Both the position numbers and the translations under genes were made by a program. Shown here one piece after another: positions 1 through 12,289 of a stretch of 64,000 nucleotides of DNA. The notes under the pieces were generated by a model that did no database searches, was not told the origin of the DNA, and saw only the letters and a list, made by a program, of their open reading frames with translations. Numbering within the stretch: position 1 is the stretch's first letter; the number at the start of each line of letters is the position of its first letter. The stretch is from NCBI GenBank assembly GCA_965112155.1, contig OZ218105.1. One strand, given 5' to 3'. The stretch comes from Podarcis liolepis (taxonomy: Eukaryota).

Positions 1-210
1 TTGACTGAGGAACTCTATTGCAATCAACCACTTTTTGTTAGTGTTTGGCACCTCCTGTTTGTGCCTAAGCGGCTTGCCAGTGGCTGCTAGCCTGTGTTAG
101 TGGAGACCATTGCAAGAAACTGGGAGGAGTTGGCCCTCCCATCTGAGCAGTGACTCTGGGAACAGCTATTTTACTCCACGCCTAACAGGGGTGAGCATCT
201 GAACAGAACA

Positions 211-366
211 NNNNNNNNNNNNNNNNNNNNNNNNNNNNNNNNNNNNNNNNNNNNNNNNNNNNNNNNNNNNNNNNNNNNNNNNNNNNNNNNNNNNNNNNNN
301 NNNNNNNNNNNNNNNNNNNNNNNNNNNNNNNNNNNNNNNNNNNNNNNNNNNNNNNNNNNNNNNNNN
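211..366. other. Assembly gap (run of N)
   Basis: 156 consecutive N. Confidence 0.99.
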
Positions 367-477
367 CAGAGAACAGCTGGAGATTTGGAGGCCAATTTGT
401 GTGACGGATCTGATGTGATGGAGAAAGTGGGGAATGGGGTCACTTTTGAGATTTGATTGTGTTATTTATTACATTTA

Positions 478-833
478 CAGTGGTACCTCGCAAGACGAAT
501 GCCTCGCAAGACGGAAAACTCGCTAGACGAAAGGGTTTTTGTTTTTTTGAGTTGCTTCGCAAGACGATTTTCCCTATGGGCTTGCTTCGCAAGACAGAAA
601 CGTCTTGCAAGTTTGTTTCCTTTTTCTTAAAACCGTTAATACAGTTGCGACTTGACTTCGAGGAGCAACTCATAGCACGCGGTGTGGTAGCCTTTTTTTG
701 AGGTTTTTGAAGACTATGGTGATTTTTGAAGCTTTTCCAAAACTTTTCCGATACCGTGCTTCGCAAGACGAAAAAAATCGCAAGGCGACAAAACTCGCGG
801 AATGAATTAATTTCATTTTGCGAGGCACCACTG
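478..833. mobile_element. Tc1/mariner-pogo (Tigger-like) MITE, family B
   Basis: TIRs cagtggtacctcgcaa...ttgcgaggcaccactg flanked by TA; related copy at 19257-19566. Confidence 0.8.
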
Positions 834-1749
834 TATATATCCTACCTTTCCTCCAGGGATCTCAAGGTGGTGTACATTGTCCACATGTTAACCTCCCAAC
901 AACCCTGTAGGTGAGCTTAAGATGAGAGAGAGTGCCTGGCTCAAAGTACGTGGCTGAATGGGGGATTTGAACCCAGATCTCCCTCATCCTAGTCCAGCAC
1001 TCTAACCACAACCCCAGTATGTGATAGTTTCAGATTTTTAATTTCTTTAACGTGCAATTTTAATAACAGGATTTTGACGGTGTTTTCTGATATTTTTCAT
1101 ATGTAACCTCTTGACTGAGCTGCTTTGGCTTTTTTTGGTTTTGAAAAGCAGCATGCAAAGAGCGGTATGATAGTACAGTTACTCACAAAGTGGTCATGTA
1201 AGGTACCCTTCCTTTGTTGCAGTGATAGCTCTCTCTCTCTCTCTAGCCCAGCTCTCTCTCCTCCCAGCTGTGGAATGTGCTTGCATGGAAATTCCCTGAA
1301 CTATTAAGGAGCCCTGGAATTTATCTTCTTTCTCTGAAAGTGGAGTGATCTGTTTAATAAACTTGACAACTTACCCAATGAACAGTAGAGACTAAAGGGT
1401 GGGTGAAGAAACTAGAAAGTAGGGAGCCAGCCATAACATACTGACTCTAATGTGGTGGTTGTTTTCATTCACGTATGTTTCACTTGAGACACTAAGAAGC
1501 TTTGTTTGCTCCACATGTGAATTCTGTTAATGAAGAAAAAAAATAGATGCAGGCCTGATGTGGGCACCTGCCATCCTAAAGTAGCAGGCCCCACCAGAGC
1601 TGACGCCTGCCTGCCTCAGGGCTCCCCATTTCACACTGCTGAGTTGGCTAGACTCTATTTTAAGTTCCCTGCAATAGCATTACTGATGTTCCTGGGCATT
1701 GTGGGAAATTCAAACAGCAACTCATAGCCCTCTGCCCCAGTTTGGAGTA

Positions 1750-1958
1750 CAGTGGTACCTCGGGTTACATATGCTTCAGGTTACAGACTCCGCTAACCCA
1801 GAAATAGTGCTTCAGGTTAAGAACTTTGCTTTAGGATGAGAACAGAAATCATGCTCTGGTGGCGCAGCGGCAGCAGGAGGCCCCATTAGCTAAAGTGGTG
1901 CTTCAGGTTAAGAACGGACCTCCGGAACAAATTAAGTACTTAACCTGAGGTACCACTG
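1750..1958. mobile_element. Tigger-like MITE, family A
   Basis: TIRs cagtggtacctcgggtta...taacctgaggtaccactg, TA TSD; near-identical copies at 18260, 22061, 26271, 59127. Confidence 0.85.
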
Positions 1959-4409
1959 TACTGCTGTTGTTGCCACTGTCAGATAAGCCCAGTGTAATAT
2001 GGGGCCCACCAGAGAGCACTTTACAATGGGGCCTGCGCAATGCTGGAGCTGGTCCAATAGGTGATACATTTTTGTCAACATTAAGACCAGTTAGGGGAAT
2101 AGAATCCAAACTTAGTGTATGAAAATTTCATGAGTGCTGAAATTCTGTGTAGTCCAGGGAAAATCACAATGCTTTTGGCATTACTTTAGCTTGTGTGAAT
2201 TCTCTGGCTAAACTAGCATTAAGCACAGCTCCAAAAGCTGCCTCTGCTGTCCAGAAGGATTTGTGGCAGAGCACCCTGCAAGACTTCAATTGCAAAATGC
2301 TTCTGTCACAATGTATTGATTCCTACTAAAGGCATGGAAAATAACCCTGGTGCATTATAGGTTCAAGCCTTAGTTCCATTATTATCTCCAGTAAAAACTT
2401 GAATGACAGCCTGCCTACTAGAGATTTATAGGTGCAAACCATTTGTCTTCAGCAGTGCAGTCAGATTGCTTTGCTCGCTTATTAGACTTGACAGCTCCAC
2501 TGTAGTGGGCCATAAGTCATTCCCAGATCAATCGTAGACAATGAATGGATTGGAAGCCGTCTAGGGTCAGCATGCCAGCCCAATTGACCTGCTATTATTT
2601 GGTTGCACTCAGATACTGTATTGTCAAATATTCCATACAGTCAAGAGTGCCCTTCTGTAAATGCATTTCTTTCTTGACTGAATCATGGGGCTGTTCAGAA
2701 TTCCAAAGGCTACCTCAATATAGGCTGGAGAGGTTTCAAGGCAGAGAAGGAAAATCTCGGAATGTGGCTCTTCTAGAACTTGTACAGAAGTACGGATTCC
2801 TTGAACAAATTCATGTCCAAGATGCACAAGCATATACAGTACAGTACGCAGTTTCACTGCATTAGTGGTTATAGTAGGAGGGAATGCAGAGGAGTGTGGC
2901 TCTCAGATGCTTTTAGAGCAAGGAGTGGTGATGTCATTGGCTGGAGTGCCAGGTTAATCTATAGACTCTCCTTGCTCTGACAAGTGAATGAAGCATTCAG
3001 GTTTTGCTTTAATTGCATGGAGAAAGTCTGAGAATAAGGTCACTTCCAGATAACCTGTTTATTGAGCGTTCATCCTGATTTGTTTGCGCAAAGTTTGTGG
3101 GGAGGTTATGCAAAGTCCAACTGTTTATTGAACAATTGTTCTGATTTATTTGTGGGGAATTTACATCACAAGCAATTGTTAAACTTCAGGGAAGTTTTTA
3201 ATGTGTGACATTTTAGTGTATTTTTGGTCTCTGTGGAAGCTGCCCAGAGTGGCTGGGGAAACCCAGCCAGATGGGCGGGGTACAAATAATAAATTATTAT
3301 TATTATTATTACCCACCATTTCCAGTGCATTTTCCCATCACTTTCCATATTGCAAAAAATAGAAATATTTGGGGGGGGGGGTTGGAAGCAAGCTTTTTGC
3401 ACAAAAAGCATCAAGCCCACTTTAACTGTGTGAGCTGAATCTGCTGGTATGAAATTGCATTCTGTCTGAAAAATAGTGACAATCAAGCAGCCTAAGAAAA
3501 ATAATCAAGTGCCTGGGGGGGTATAGATCCTCCTTAATGCTCACAGTTTAAATGGTCACACTTATTTGTGTATCTAATGAAAAGCCAAGGGTTGCATTTC
3601 ACCTACCTGAAGATCTCTTGTTAAAACTGTGGTTTACAAGACAAACGTATGCAGCCAAAAGAAAGCTCCACTGAATGCAATTGAGTGTATTCCCAGGAAA
3701 TGGCTACTAGTCATGATAGCCATGTTCTACCTCCACTGCTGGGTATCTCTGGTGGGCAGAGTGCTGTTGCACATATGTCCTGCTTGTGGGCTTCCTTCGG
3801 GCATCTCATCAGCCACTGTGAGAACAGGATGCTGGCCTAGATGGACCATTGGCCTCATCTAGCTGACTTGTCTTACGTTCATATGAAACTATGCATCAGG
3901 ATTGAAGCCATGCCAGCCCTTATAGATTTAGCATTATGTTATGTACTGCTGCTCTTTTGGGATAGGGTTGATGGACCCAGCTACCTGCATTTTATACTTT
4001 CCTTGGGATTGTGGCTATGAAGGCTGAAATGACGAGCTCCAGCAGGCAGCTCAAACTTTTCCACTACACAACTTTGCATTACATAGATTTTCAGTTTGGA
4101 CAGAACAGTTATTTTCGGTTTGACCAAAAAAAACCACCTTCTGTACTGGCAAATTTTGACAGACAGACAAGAGAGAGTTGATCTTGTCATTCCAGAAGTA
4201 CAAGTTGTGACCTCCCCAGGTGCATTCCCTGAAATACCAGACATAGTGCAGACCTTAACTACTATGCAGCAGCTGGAAATCAAGTAACACCAGCCAGACA
4301 TAAAATAAAATAGATCCACTCCTGTCTGCCAGGGCAAAATTCCCTGTCTCAGTAATATGGTTTCCGTCATCAGATATTAACTTAAGTTGATCAGAAAAGG
4401 CATTGGCTA

Positions 4410-4580
4410 CAAGGGGTGTAGTTCAGTGGCAGAGTATATCCTTTGTATGCAAAAAGTCCAAGGTTCAACCCCTGACATTTTCCATTAAGCGTAGGAAAAA
4501 CTCTGAAACACTGCTGATCTGCTGCCATTCTGTGTGGATGACACTGAGCTTGCTGGACCAACAGTCCAACTTATTGTGTA
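4410..4580 (+). mobile_element. Decayed tRNA-derived SINE
   Basis: Box A/B-like head (tagttcagtgg...ggttcaacccc) plus body shared with copies near 7030-7220, 15100-15300 (-) and 36290-36450. Confidence 0.55.
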
Positions 4581-7500
4581 TGGTCATAAAATCCACCTTC
4601 AGGCAGCCATCTTGGGCAGAATGGCTTCTGCCATGCCTTCTTCCCCTCTTTGCCTCTTTGAATATGACTTGATAAGGATTCACGTGAGCCTCAATAGTCT
4701 CTGTACTTTAGAACAAAATCTGTGCCCATTTTGCATCAGGGAACGACACACAACTGGGCAGTCTTTATATATTACACAAATTAAATACATCTGCATTTTT
4801 CTTGCTTTATCATAATTCAGTTTGCTTCTGTTTATCCTGGAAAGGGGTCAAAGAGATGCAGAATTCTAAAGCCCCACCTTCTCACCATCAAAAGTCATGT
4901 CCAGACATGTTGCAGGTTTTTCTCTCGCCTTCTCTCAGAGATTACAAATTTACACTTGGAGTCTGTATGGGGCATTTTCAAATGAGAACCTTAAAATGAT
5001 ACATGCTGAGAGACCTAAAACACTTTTATCTCAGCATGGGTACAATATATTTTGATGCCTAAAGTCAAGTAGGAAACGGTGTGTTCTCCCTCCCAGGTCA
5101 AGTTGCACAAAATTGGGCTTAAAATAATATTTTATTCTAGATCAATAGGTAGAGCATATATAATCCACACTAGCGTGCTGCCTGTTTTCTCTACCTATAT
5201 GGCCCCCCAAACCCAAATCACTGAGGTGGAGCCAGAGGTCAATATCTGTACTGCATATTCTATGGGTTTGAGCATGCTTTGTTCCACCCTCCCTTCTTTT
5301 TGGGGAGGGGGCACCCCATTTACCCATGAGGAATTACTGCTGCCAGCCCCTAGCATCTGCTGTCTAAGATGGCTGCCTCATTTTGCCTAATGATAGGACT
5401 GGCTCTAGTTAACCTTGAGGAGACACATACCATTTATTTATTGGCACACAGGCTGACAACCGCTTTTCTGAGGCAATTGCATTCTGATGGACATACTGGT
5501 TCCTCAGAGCGCCGTTTACCCTCTTGAGTCACCCATTAAGTCTCACTGGACATTTTCCCAGTGAGGGCCTGCTGAGGTAATTTCTAATGATTTGAACATT
5601 GGCACCAGAGGTCTGCTGAAGTAATCCTGCTAAAAATGGGACGGATCATTACAATCTGTGGATTAAGAGCTCCAGCAAACTCTGCATGTCAGTGACATCA
5701 CATTCTGTTCACATGGCCACTTTTAACGGAAAGGAAGCCACAATATTGGAATTGGAGCCCCTCTATGCCCAGATCAAGCTGGGTAATGGTGACTGTCCCC
5801 TTTCTCCTGAGCAAGTTGGGGCATCAACCTGCTACAATTACACAGGAAATGTTTAACTGCACTAAATCCAGACATCCTGGTTTCCAAGTAGACTCCTTGG
5901 TAATTGTCTAATCTACCACACTTAATGGGCAATATGCAAATACCCCTGTAGCCAAAAACTTAATGTAATGTACACAGTGGAAAGCTCAGATCATTATCTC
6001 CTTTATTTCCCAATACGTATATGATGAAATGAGAGAGAAATAGATGTCTGGACTGCTGATTCATGTCCACAGTGAGGCTGTGCCAATAGAGAGTGTCTTC
6101 TGTATGACTTGGATAAACATGTTGCGTTTAGAAGGACAAAGCTGACAGCAGCATCAGAAAATATTATCCAGCAGTTTGTGCCCATAAATATGAGGAATTG
6201 TATGTGAACCTACCTGTTACACCTGCACTAGCCAGAAGGCTGGAACATGGGGAAGGCTGGGCTTTATCCAGGAAACTGCTTTACTTGCCAGCCATAATAA
6301 TGCTCTCTGGATATTGCAACCACAATACTGGTGGGAGGCCAAGGGGTGGGGGACACAGGGTGGGACAGAACTCAGGCCATGTGGGGCATGCTCAGCAGTA
6401 GGTACTGGAGCAGACCTAGGCAGTGGGGCACAGTAGGGGCATAAGGCCAAGGTGACAGAAAGCAGTAGGAGAGATTTCTGTGTTGCCTGGGGGGGGGGGT
6501 CAGCTGGTGGCATGTGTACTGGATGGGCCTGAGGCCAGAGTACGCAAACAGCATGATGGTCCACAGGGGAGAACTGGGGCAAGTAGCATCACAGCCCAAA
6601 GATCTCCACAGCAATATGGACCTATGGGGCAGTGCCAGAGAGGCACTGTCTCCGCACTGTCTCATCCCCTGCCAGTCCCAACAATGTCCATATCTATGGA
6701 TAGCTGCCACAGCAGCACCATGCTGAGCAGACAGCACAAGCCATTGTCACCTTCTTAGAGAAGCAGGCCATGTGCCACCACCAGCTCCTGTGTCACAGAG
6801 GCAGCAGAACCACATAGTGAACACCACAAATGCATGTTAAACAGTGTGCCCTGTTGGAGCAGTCCATGTAGTAGGGAATGAGCTCCTGACTGAACTTAGG
6901 TAAGCGCCTTGGCCTCTTGCTCTTAGGCAGCTATTAAAACTTTACAATGAGTAATGTGATGCTGTGGAACTCTCCTTTCCCTTTCCCCGCACCATTTCCT
7001 GTAGTATGTATATTTTTAAATAAGGAGGAGGAGCCTATCTCTGTTGTAGAGCACGTGCTTGGAAGGTCCTGTGTCTTATCCTGGTGTCTTCAGTTCAAAG
7101 GATCAGGTAGCAGGCTATGGGAAAGTCCTGTAACCCGAGACAGCCCAAGAGCAGCTGCCCAGACAATACTGGGCTAGATGGATAAATACTCTGCTCTTGT
7201 ATAAGGCCACTTACTGCATTCCAAAAATGCTGCCCTTCTGCTAGCTGCTGTTTTATTATTATGTTTCATTGAATTTCAGACCACTCCCTTTGTGTGTTCT
7301 AGCCTACTTCTGCATCAACAGCAAACTACTTTGCATTCTTTTGACAAGGTCAAGAGCAGAGTTGCTTTTTTTATTTTTGTGGTGTGGATGTCATCACTTA
7401 TTTGCATGTCTTCCAAGGCTGTGGGGGGTTTTTAAGTGGGGGTGGTGGTGGTGTTGTCCAGAGATTGCGCACTATCAGTGTGTCAGCCCTGGCTTTTCAA

Positions 7501-8852
7501 GGGTAATCATCCCCAAATAGGCAGGAAGAAAGGAACTGGAGAATGCACATATTGGAGCAGACTGTAGAGATGCACACACGCAGGGTATAAGATGGTATAC
7601 AACCCATACATTGAAACCACATGGGTTCCGCCAAAGAATCCTGGAAACTGTAGTTTACAGAGCTACAAATGTCAGCGCCCTTAACAATCTAGGCCCCAAC
7701 AGTTTAGTCCTGGGGGAAAGTAATGTGCTTTAGATGTATAATACTGGCCTGCTTGGGGGTACCTGCTAGTGTGTCTCACTATGCACACTGGCTAAATGTC
7801 TCCTGGATTGCATTTTGAGACTCATACCCATCTTGGAATCTAAGACTTGTGAGTCGAGAGGCTGCTAATATTGCCACCGTAAGAGCGGAGTGGAGTCCCT
7901 TAAGGCAGCTGGGTGGCACCTTGTACACCTTCTTTCAGCAACTCCTGTGGCCAAGCTGGTGTCAAATGCATTGCTCTGCTTTCCTCTGGACCACATCAGT
8001 GAGGCCAAGAGGGGGGAGGTCTTATTGTCTGGGCAGCCCAGGACCTCCATACACACTGCCCAGGCTTGCGTCCCAGGGAGGTCACTTCAGTGCTGATGAT
8101 GCAGCTGTTTGACTTCACCCCTGGACGTGCACTCTGTTGTCTCCTGAGACAGACGGATGCCAACATGGTTGAAGCCAATGTCAATTGGGACTGGAAAGGG
8201 TTCTAATTTCCTGACATACAATAAAAGAAGAAATATTTTATTTGCTTTTTATTGAAATTTTCCACAGAAAACAAAAGGCATATAGCAAAAGAAAAAGAAG
8301 AAAGAAAAAGGACAAACAAAAAAAGTAAAAATAAACACTCTTATCAATCAATGTTAAGTATTGTCCACTTATTTACATTGCGTTAACATGAAATAAAACA
8401 AGAAATAAATGTATGTATAGATAGTTGATAGCAGAGGCAAATACGGAGAAAGAACTGCAGCTCTGGAGCAAAGAGACCTGAAAGCAAAATCTCAAGTTTC
8501 CAGGTCAGGTCATTTCTTAAACTGAACTGTCTTTTAAAATGTGGTGTTTAATCTTAGTTTGTTCCTACCAGCAAAACTGCAAAGCCACCTCCTAAATGCT
8601 TTGTCCTATATTTGTTCCAGTCTTCTTCAATAGTACTCAAAAAAGATTTTCCAGTTTAGCATTCAAGTAGGTCACTGTGACACCAGGTAAAGTTAAGAGA
8701 ACACTGTTACAACATTGGAATAGAAACGGAGATTCAGCCTTAAGTGATGTAGCAGTTACTACTGCTGCTACAGCTGAGTAAAGGCTGCATTGTCCTATAA
8801 TACTTACTTGGGAGTATATCCCATTGAATTCAGTTGGATTTGTGTCTGAGTA

Positions 8853-9168
8853 GCCTAGGACTTTCCAATCAGAAGGTCGGCGGTTCGAATCCCCGCGACG
8901 GGGTGAACTCCCGTTGCTCGGTCCCTGCTCCTGCCAACCTAGCAGTTCGAAAGCACGTCAAAGTGTAAGTAGATAAATAGTACCAATCCGGCGGGAAGGT
9001 AAACGGCGTTTCCGTGCGCTGCTCTGGTTCGCCAGAAGCCGCTTAGTCATGCTGGCCACATGACCTGGAAGCTGTACGCTGGCTCCCCTGGCCAATAAAG
9101 CAAGATGAGTGCTGCAACCCCAGAGTTGGTCATGACTGGACCTAATGGTCAGGGGTCCCATTACCTTT
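8853..9168 (+). mobile_element. Sauria SINE, 5'-truncated
   Basis: ggttcgaatcccc box B, body cctgccaacctagcagttcgaaagcac, tail ggtcaggggtccc..ttaccttt; matches copies at 43725 and 52304. Confidence 0.85.
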
Positions 9169-9203
9169 AGTATGCATAGAATTAGGTTGCCCATCTACTA
9201 TGA

Positions 9204-9700
9204 CAGTGGTTTTCAACCAGTGTGCCATGGCACCCTGGGGTGCCTTGAATTATGGTCGGGGTGCCACAGGCAACACTGACCTCTGTCCCTCTTTCATTCC
9301 CTCCCTCCCTCTGATGTGTCTCTGCCTCCCAAAGGCTTGCACAGCTGTTTGCTGCAGCAGCCCTGGCTACAAGCTCCACAGGCGAATGTTGCTTCTGGAG
9401 CTGGCCAGAGGGTGCTGGTTGCCAGGAGCTGAGGCGGCCTTGGAGTCAGGCAGGCGCTGTGCTGGCCTTTCTTGTGCTTGCTGTGTTCAAGGCCTGCCTG
9501 GAAACTGAGAGTCTTTCCACCTTGCAGGCCCAGCAGCGCCTGCTGCTGTCTCCCAAGGTAAGGTGTTGGCCTCATGTTCACCTTTGGCCAGTCTCTGTTG
9601 GGCCAGTAAGCCTGGGAAATCCTCTTCCTAGACCCCCGTGGAGCAGTGTGAGAAGGCACCTTTCTTTGGGGTGGGGAGGCAGCTCAGAGACCAGGGGCGG
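9204..9700 (+). mobile_element. One end of a hAT-like element followed by GC-rich exon-like internal sequence
   Basis: Starts cagtggttttcaacc (hAT-type terminus); matching other end not found; end coordinate approximate. Confidence 0.45.
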
Positions 9701-11906
9701 CAGGTTATCTGACCTATTTGCAAAAGTTGTTCTGTAATAGCACCCCTGTGAGGTAGGAGGAGCTGAAACCTGGCGGTTTACCACTCAGGGTAACCAAGGT
9801 TTTGGTTAACCAAGGATTTGGTGTGATGTCTCCTAAGCCCTGCATCCTCTCTACTGTATAACAACAGCTCACAGGGAACAGGGAGGAGTTCACAGATTGA
9901 TTAGATGCAATTTGGTCTAATTAAGTCACTACATCAGCTCACAAGACCCACCAAACCTGTTTCTCTGGCCAGTCAGATAAAACATGCAAGGTTTCCTGAA
10001 GAGGAAAAAAAAAGGTAGCAGTTATGTTTGGGCCCAAATATTCCCTTTTGGAGCTGCTCTAGATTTTGCATGCTTTGGATGTTGTTGTTTTGCAGATGTG
10101 GGGTGAATTTCCACATCTGCACCAGCCACATATAATGCAAACATGAAAAGCCACAAATCACATCATTGCCTCTGTTCTGCTGGAATAACCTCCTTATCTC
10201 AGACATGTCTCTTCATGGTTCTCTCTCTTCCTGGACAAGAGGCACAAGAGCTGGAGACTTAGACGCTATTACATGGGCAGCTATCCGAGGGGCTCACCAG
10301 ACCACCAATATTCTGCAACAGAGAGTTAAGCACATACCAGAGCACTAGGTTTGTGAAATTAAAGTGGACTGAAGCACTCCCTCACCCAACTGCAACAAAT
10401 CCACTGGACAATATGCTACTGAGTTCTGGCAGTGCAAGGATCTCTGCTTGCACAATGAACCTTCCCCCCTCCTTTCCCCACATACTCTCCCCCCCCCCAT
10501 CTGCTCTGAAAGGTTGGGGAGAAACCCAGTACAGAATTAAGGGTGTGCAGGGAGAAGGGAGGGAAGGCATTCCACTGCACAAGCAGAAATCCTTGCACTG
10601 ATGGGATGTGGTACTTAGTGCTACAGAGAGAACCCACTTTTTAATTTTTTTAAAAAACACAGTCTTATGTGGTTTCAAAAGTGATTGGAAAATGCATCAA
10701 AAACTGTGGGATGAACAAAAGGATATGTAAACACCATGAAAGCAAATCAGGAAACTAATTTTAGAAAGATTGCCCTTAACTTTCCACTTTTTTATAAAAG
10801 AGGAAGCAAAAACCTATATTGAGTGTCCTTATATAACCCCTTTCTTGCTTTCTCTTTCTTCCCTGCAGACTTTGGCTGCAAAGCACAATAATTTTCTCCT
10901 GCCCAAGTTGCCATTTGCTTTCTTGTCAACTAGACTTCTGCGGACGTTCCTTGGTGGACTCTACTTACACAGTAATATTTCTCTACATTTAAACAAAAAA
11001 CAAAAAAACCTACTGCATCAAAATAACATGTATCAATCAGTATTATTTTATTTTCTCATCACATCTGCAAGTTGTTGCATCACAAATATAGCTCTCCTAC
11101 CCAATCGTATTCCCCATCTTCAAATCGCCTCCTTTTAATTCTGAATATACTTCAAGGCAATTTTCCCTTCTCTCCCTACCCCCCCCCAAACACTTTAACC
11201 TTCACCTTCTCTGCAAATCACAAACAGAACTACAAGGCTCCTGTTCCACACCAGTTAGAGCCCTGAAAAGGAGTATTCCTGCTAGAGGAGTTGGAAATAC
11301 ACTGCAACCTATTACTGCAGGTCCCCACTTTTATATACTAGCATACACTTGAGAGGGAGTTATTGTTTTACAAAAAGCTTGCCATTTAGGCCAGCAGAGT
11401 CCCAGTGTGAGAAACTTGGTTGGCATGAACCAAAGTGAAAGACCTTGTCACAGCTGAACCCAAACCAGAACAAAACAGACATGAATAAGTTTCATTCCTT
11501 GGCCACAACCCTCTTGGGTTATAGAGAGCTTTCAAATACTAACAGTGTTATCCCTGTGGGAGTGAGATGGTGGGCCACACCAGCCAGTGTACACATTTAG
11601 GACACATGCACGAAGGAAATGCAGGCTTTTGATTTAGCACTACAGAGCTCTTTTCACAAGGGTTTGCCAAGAGATTCAGGGCCAGCCTTAGCTGACAGTT
11701 CTGGGGGGTCTCATTAATGGGCACCCAAATAACTCCTACTCCATTATTTTTAACCACTGGATTTTCAGCCCCTGGCATCAAAACACTGTGGTATTGCTGC
11801 AAGTGGCTTATAGAAAAACATACTTAACATCAGGCCCTGAATAATTAGGATGCATGGGTGTAAGTGTGTGTGCCCAATCCTTCAAGACCTTGCTCACTTC
11901 CAAACT

Positions 11907-11927
11907 GAGCATGCCCCTAGCATGCCC
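11907..11927 (+). promoter_or_regulatory. Candidate p53 response element upstream of TP53INP1
   Basis: GAGCATGCCC c TAGCATGCCC: two RRRCWWGYYY half-sites (second has 1 mismatch), 1-bp spacer. Confidence 0.6.
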
Positions 11928-12289
11928 TCTCTCTCTTGGTCAAGACAGCTGGAAAAATTGTGTGGAGACACTTGCGTGCAGGGGACTTTCCAAAGTGGTC
12001 TGGCACTTTGGTCAGAATGACGTCTCCTCGGCTCCCTTCATGTTCCCCCGTCACCAGGGTGGGAACTGGGTATTCTTCTGAGGACAAGAGGGTAGCAATA
12101 AACGAGGGCTGTGCATTTCCAGGCTCTTTCCCTGCACCTTGCCCAACTTCTCTTGTATTTTTCCACTTGGGCCATGCCTCTCCTTCCCCCCACCCCTCTC
12201 CACATTTGGTTCCGCGCACCCCTTCTCCTCCTCTTCCTTCCCCAGCTCTCCTATTCTCTGCTTCTCCTTCTCCCTGCCTTCCTTTTGTT

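Noticed and set aside
1-210. Possible LTR end (…cctaaca) next to the gap
   Set aside because: Too little sequence, and the adjacent N gap prevents verification.
478-833. Regularly recurring cttcgcaagacg motifs resembling a CRISPR-like array
   Set aside because: Eukaryotic DNA; these are subterminal repeats of a Tigger-like MITE with irregular spacing.
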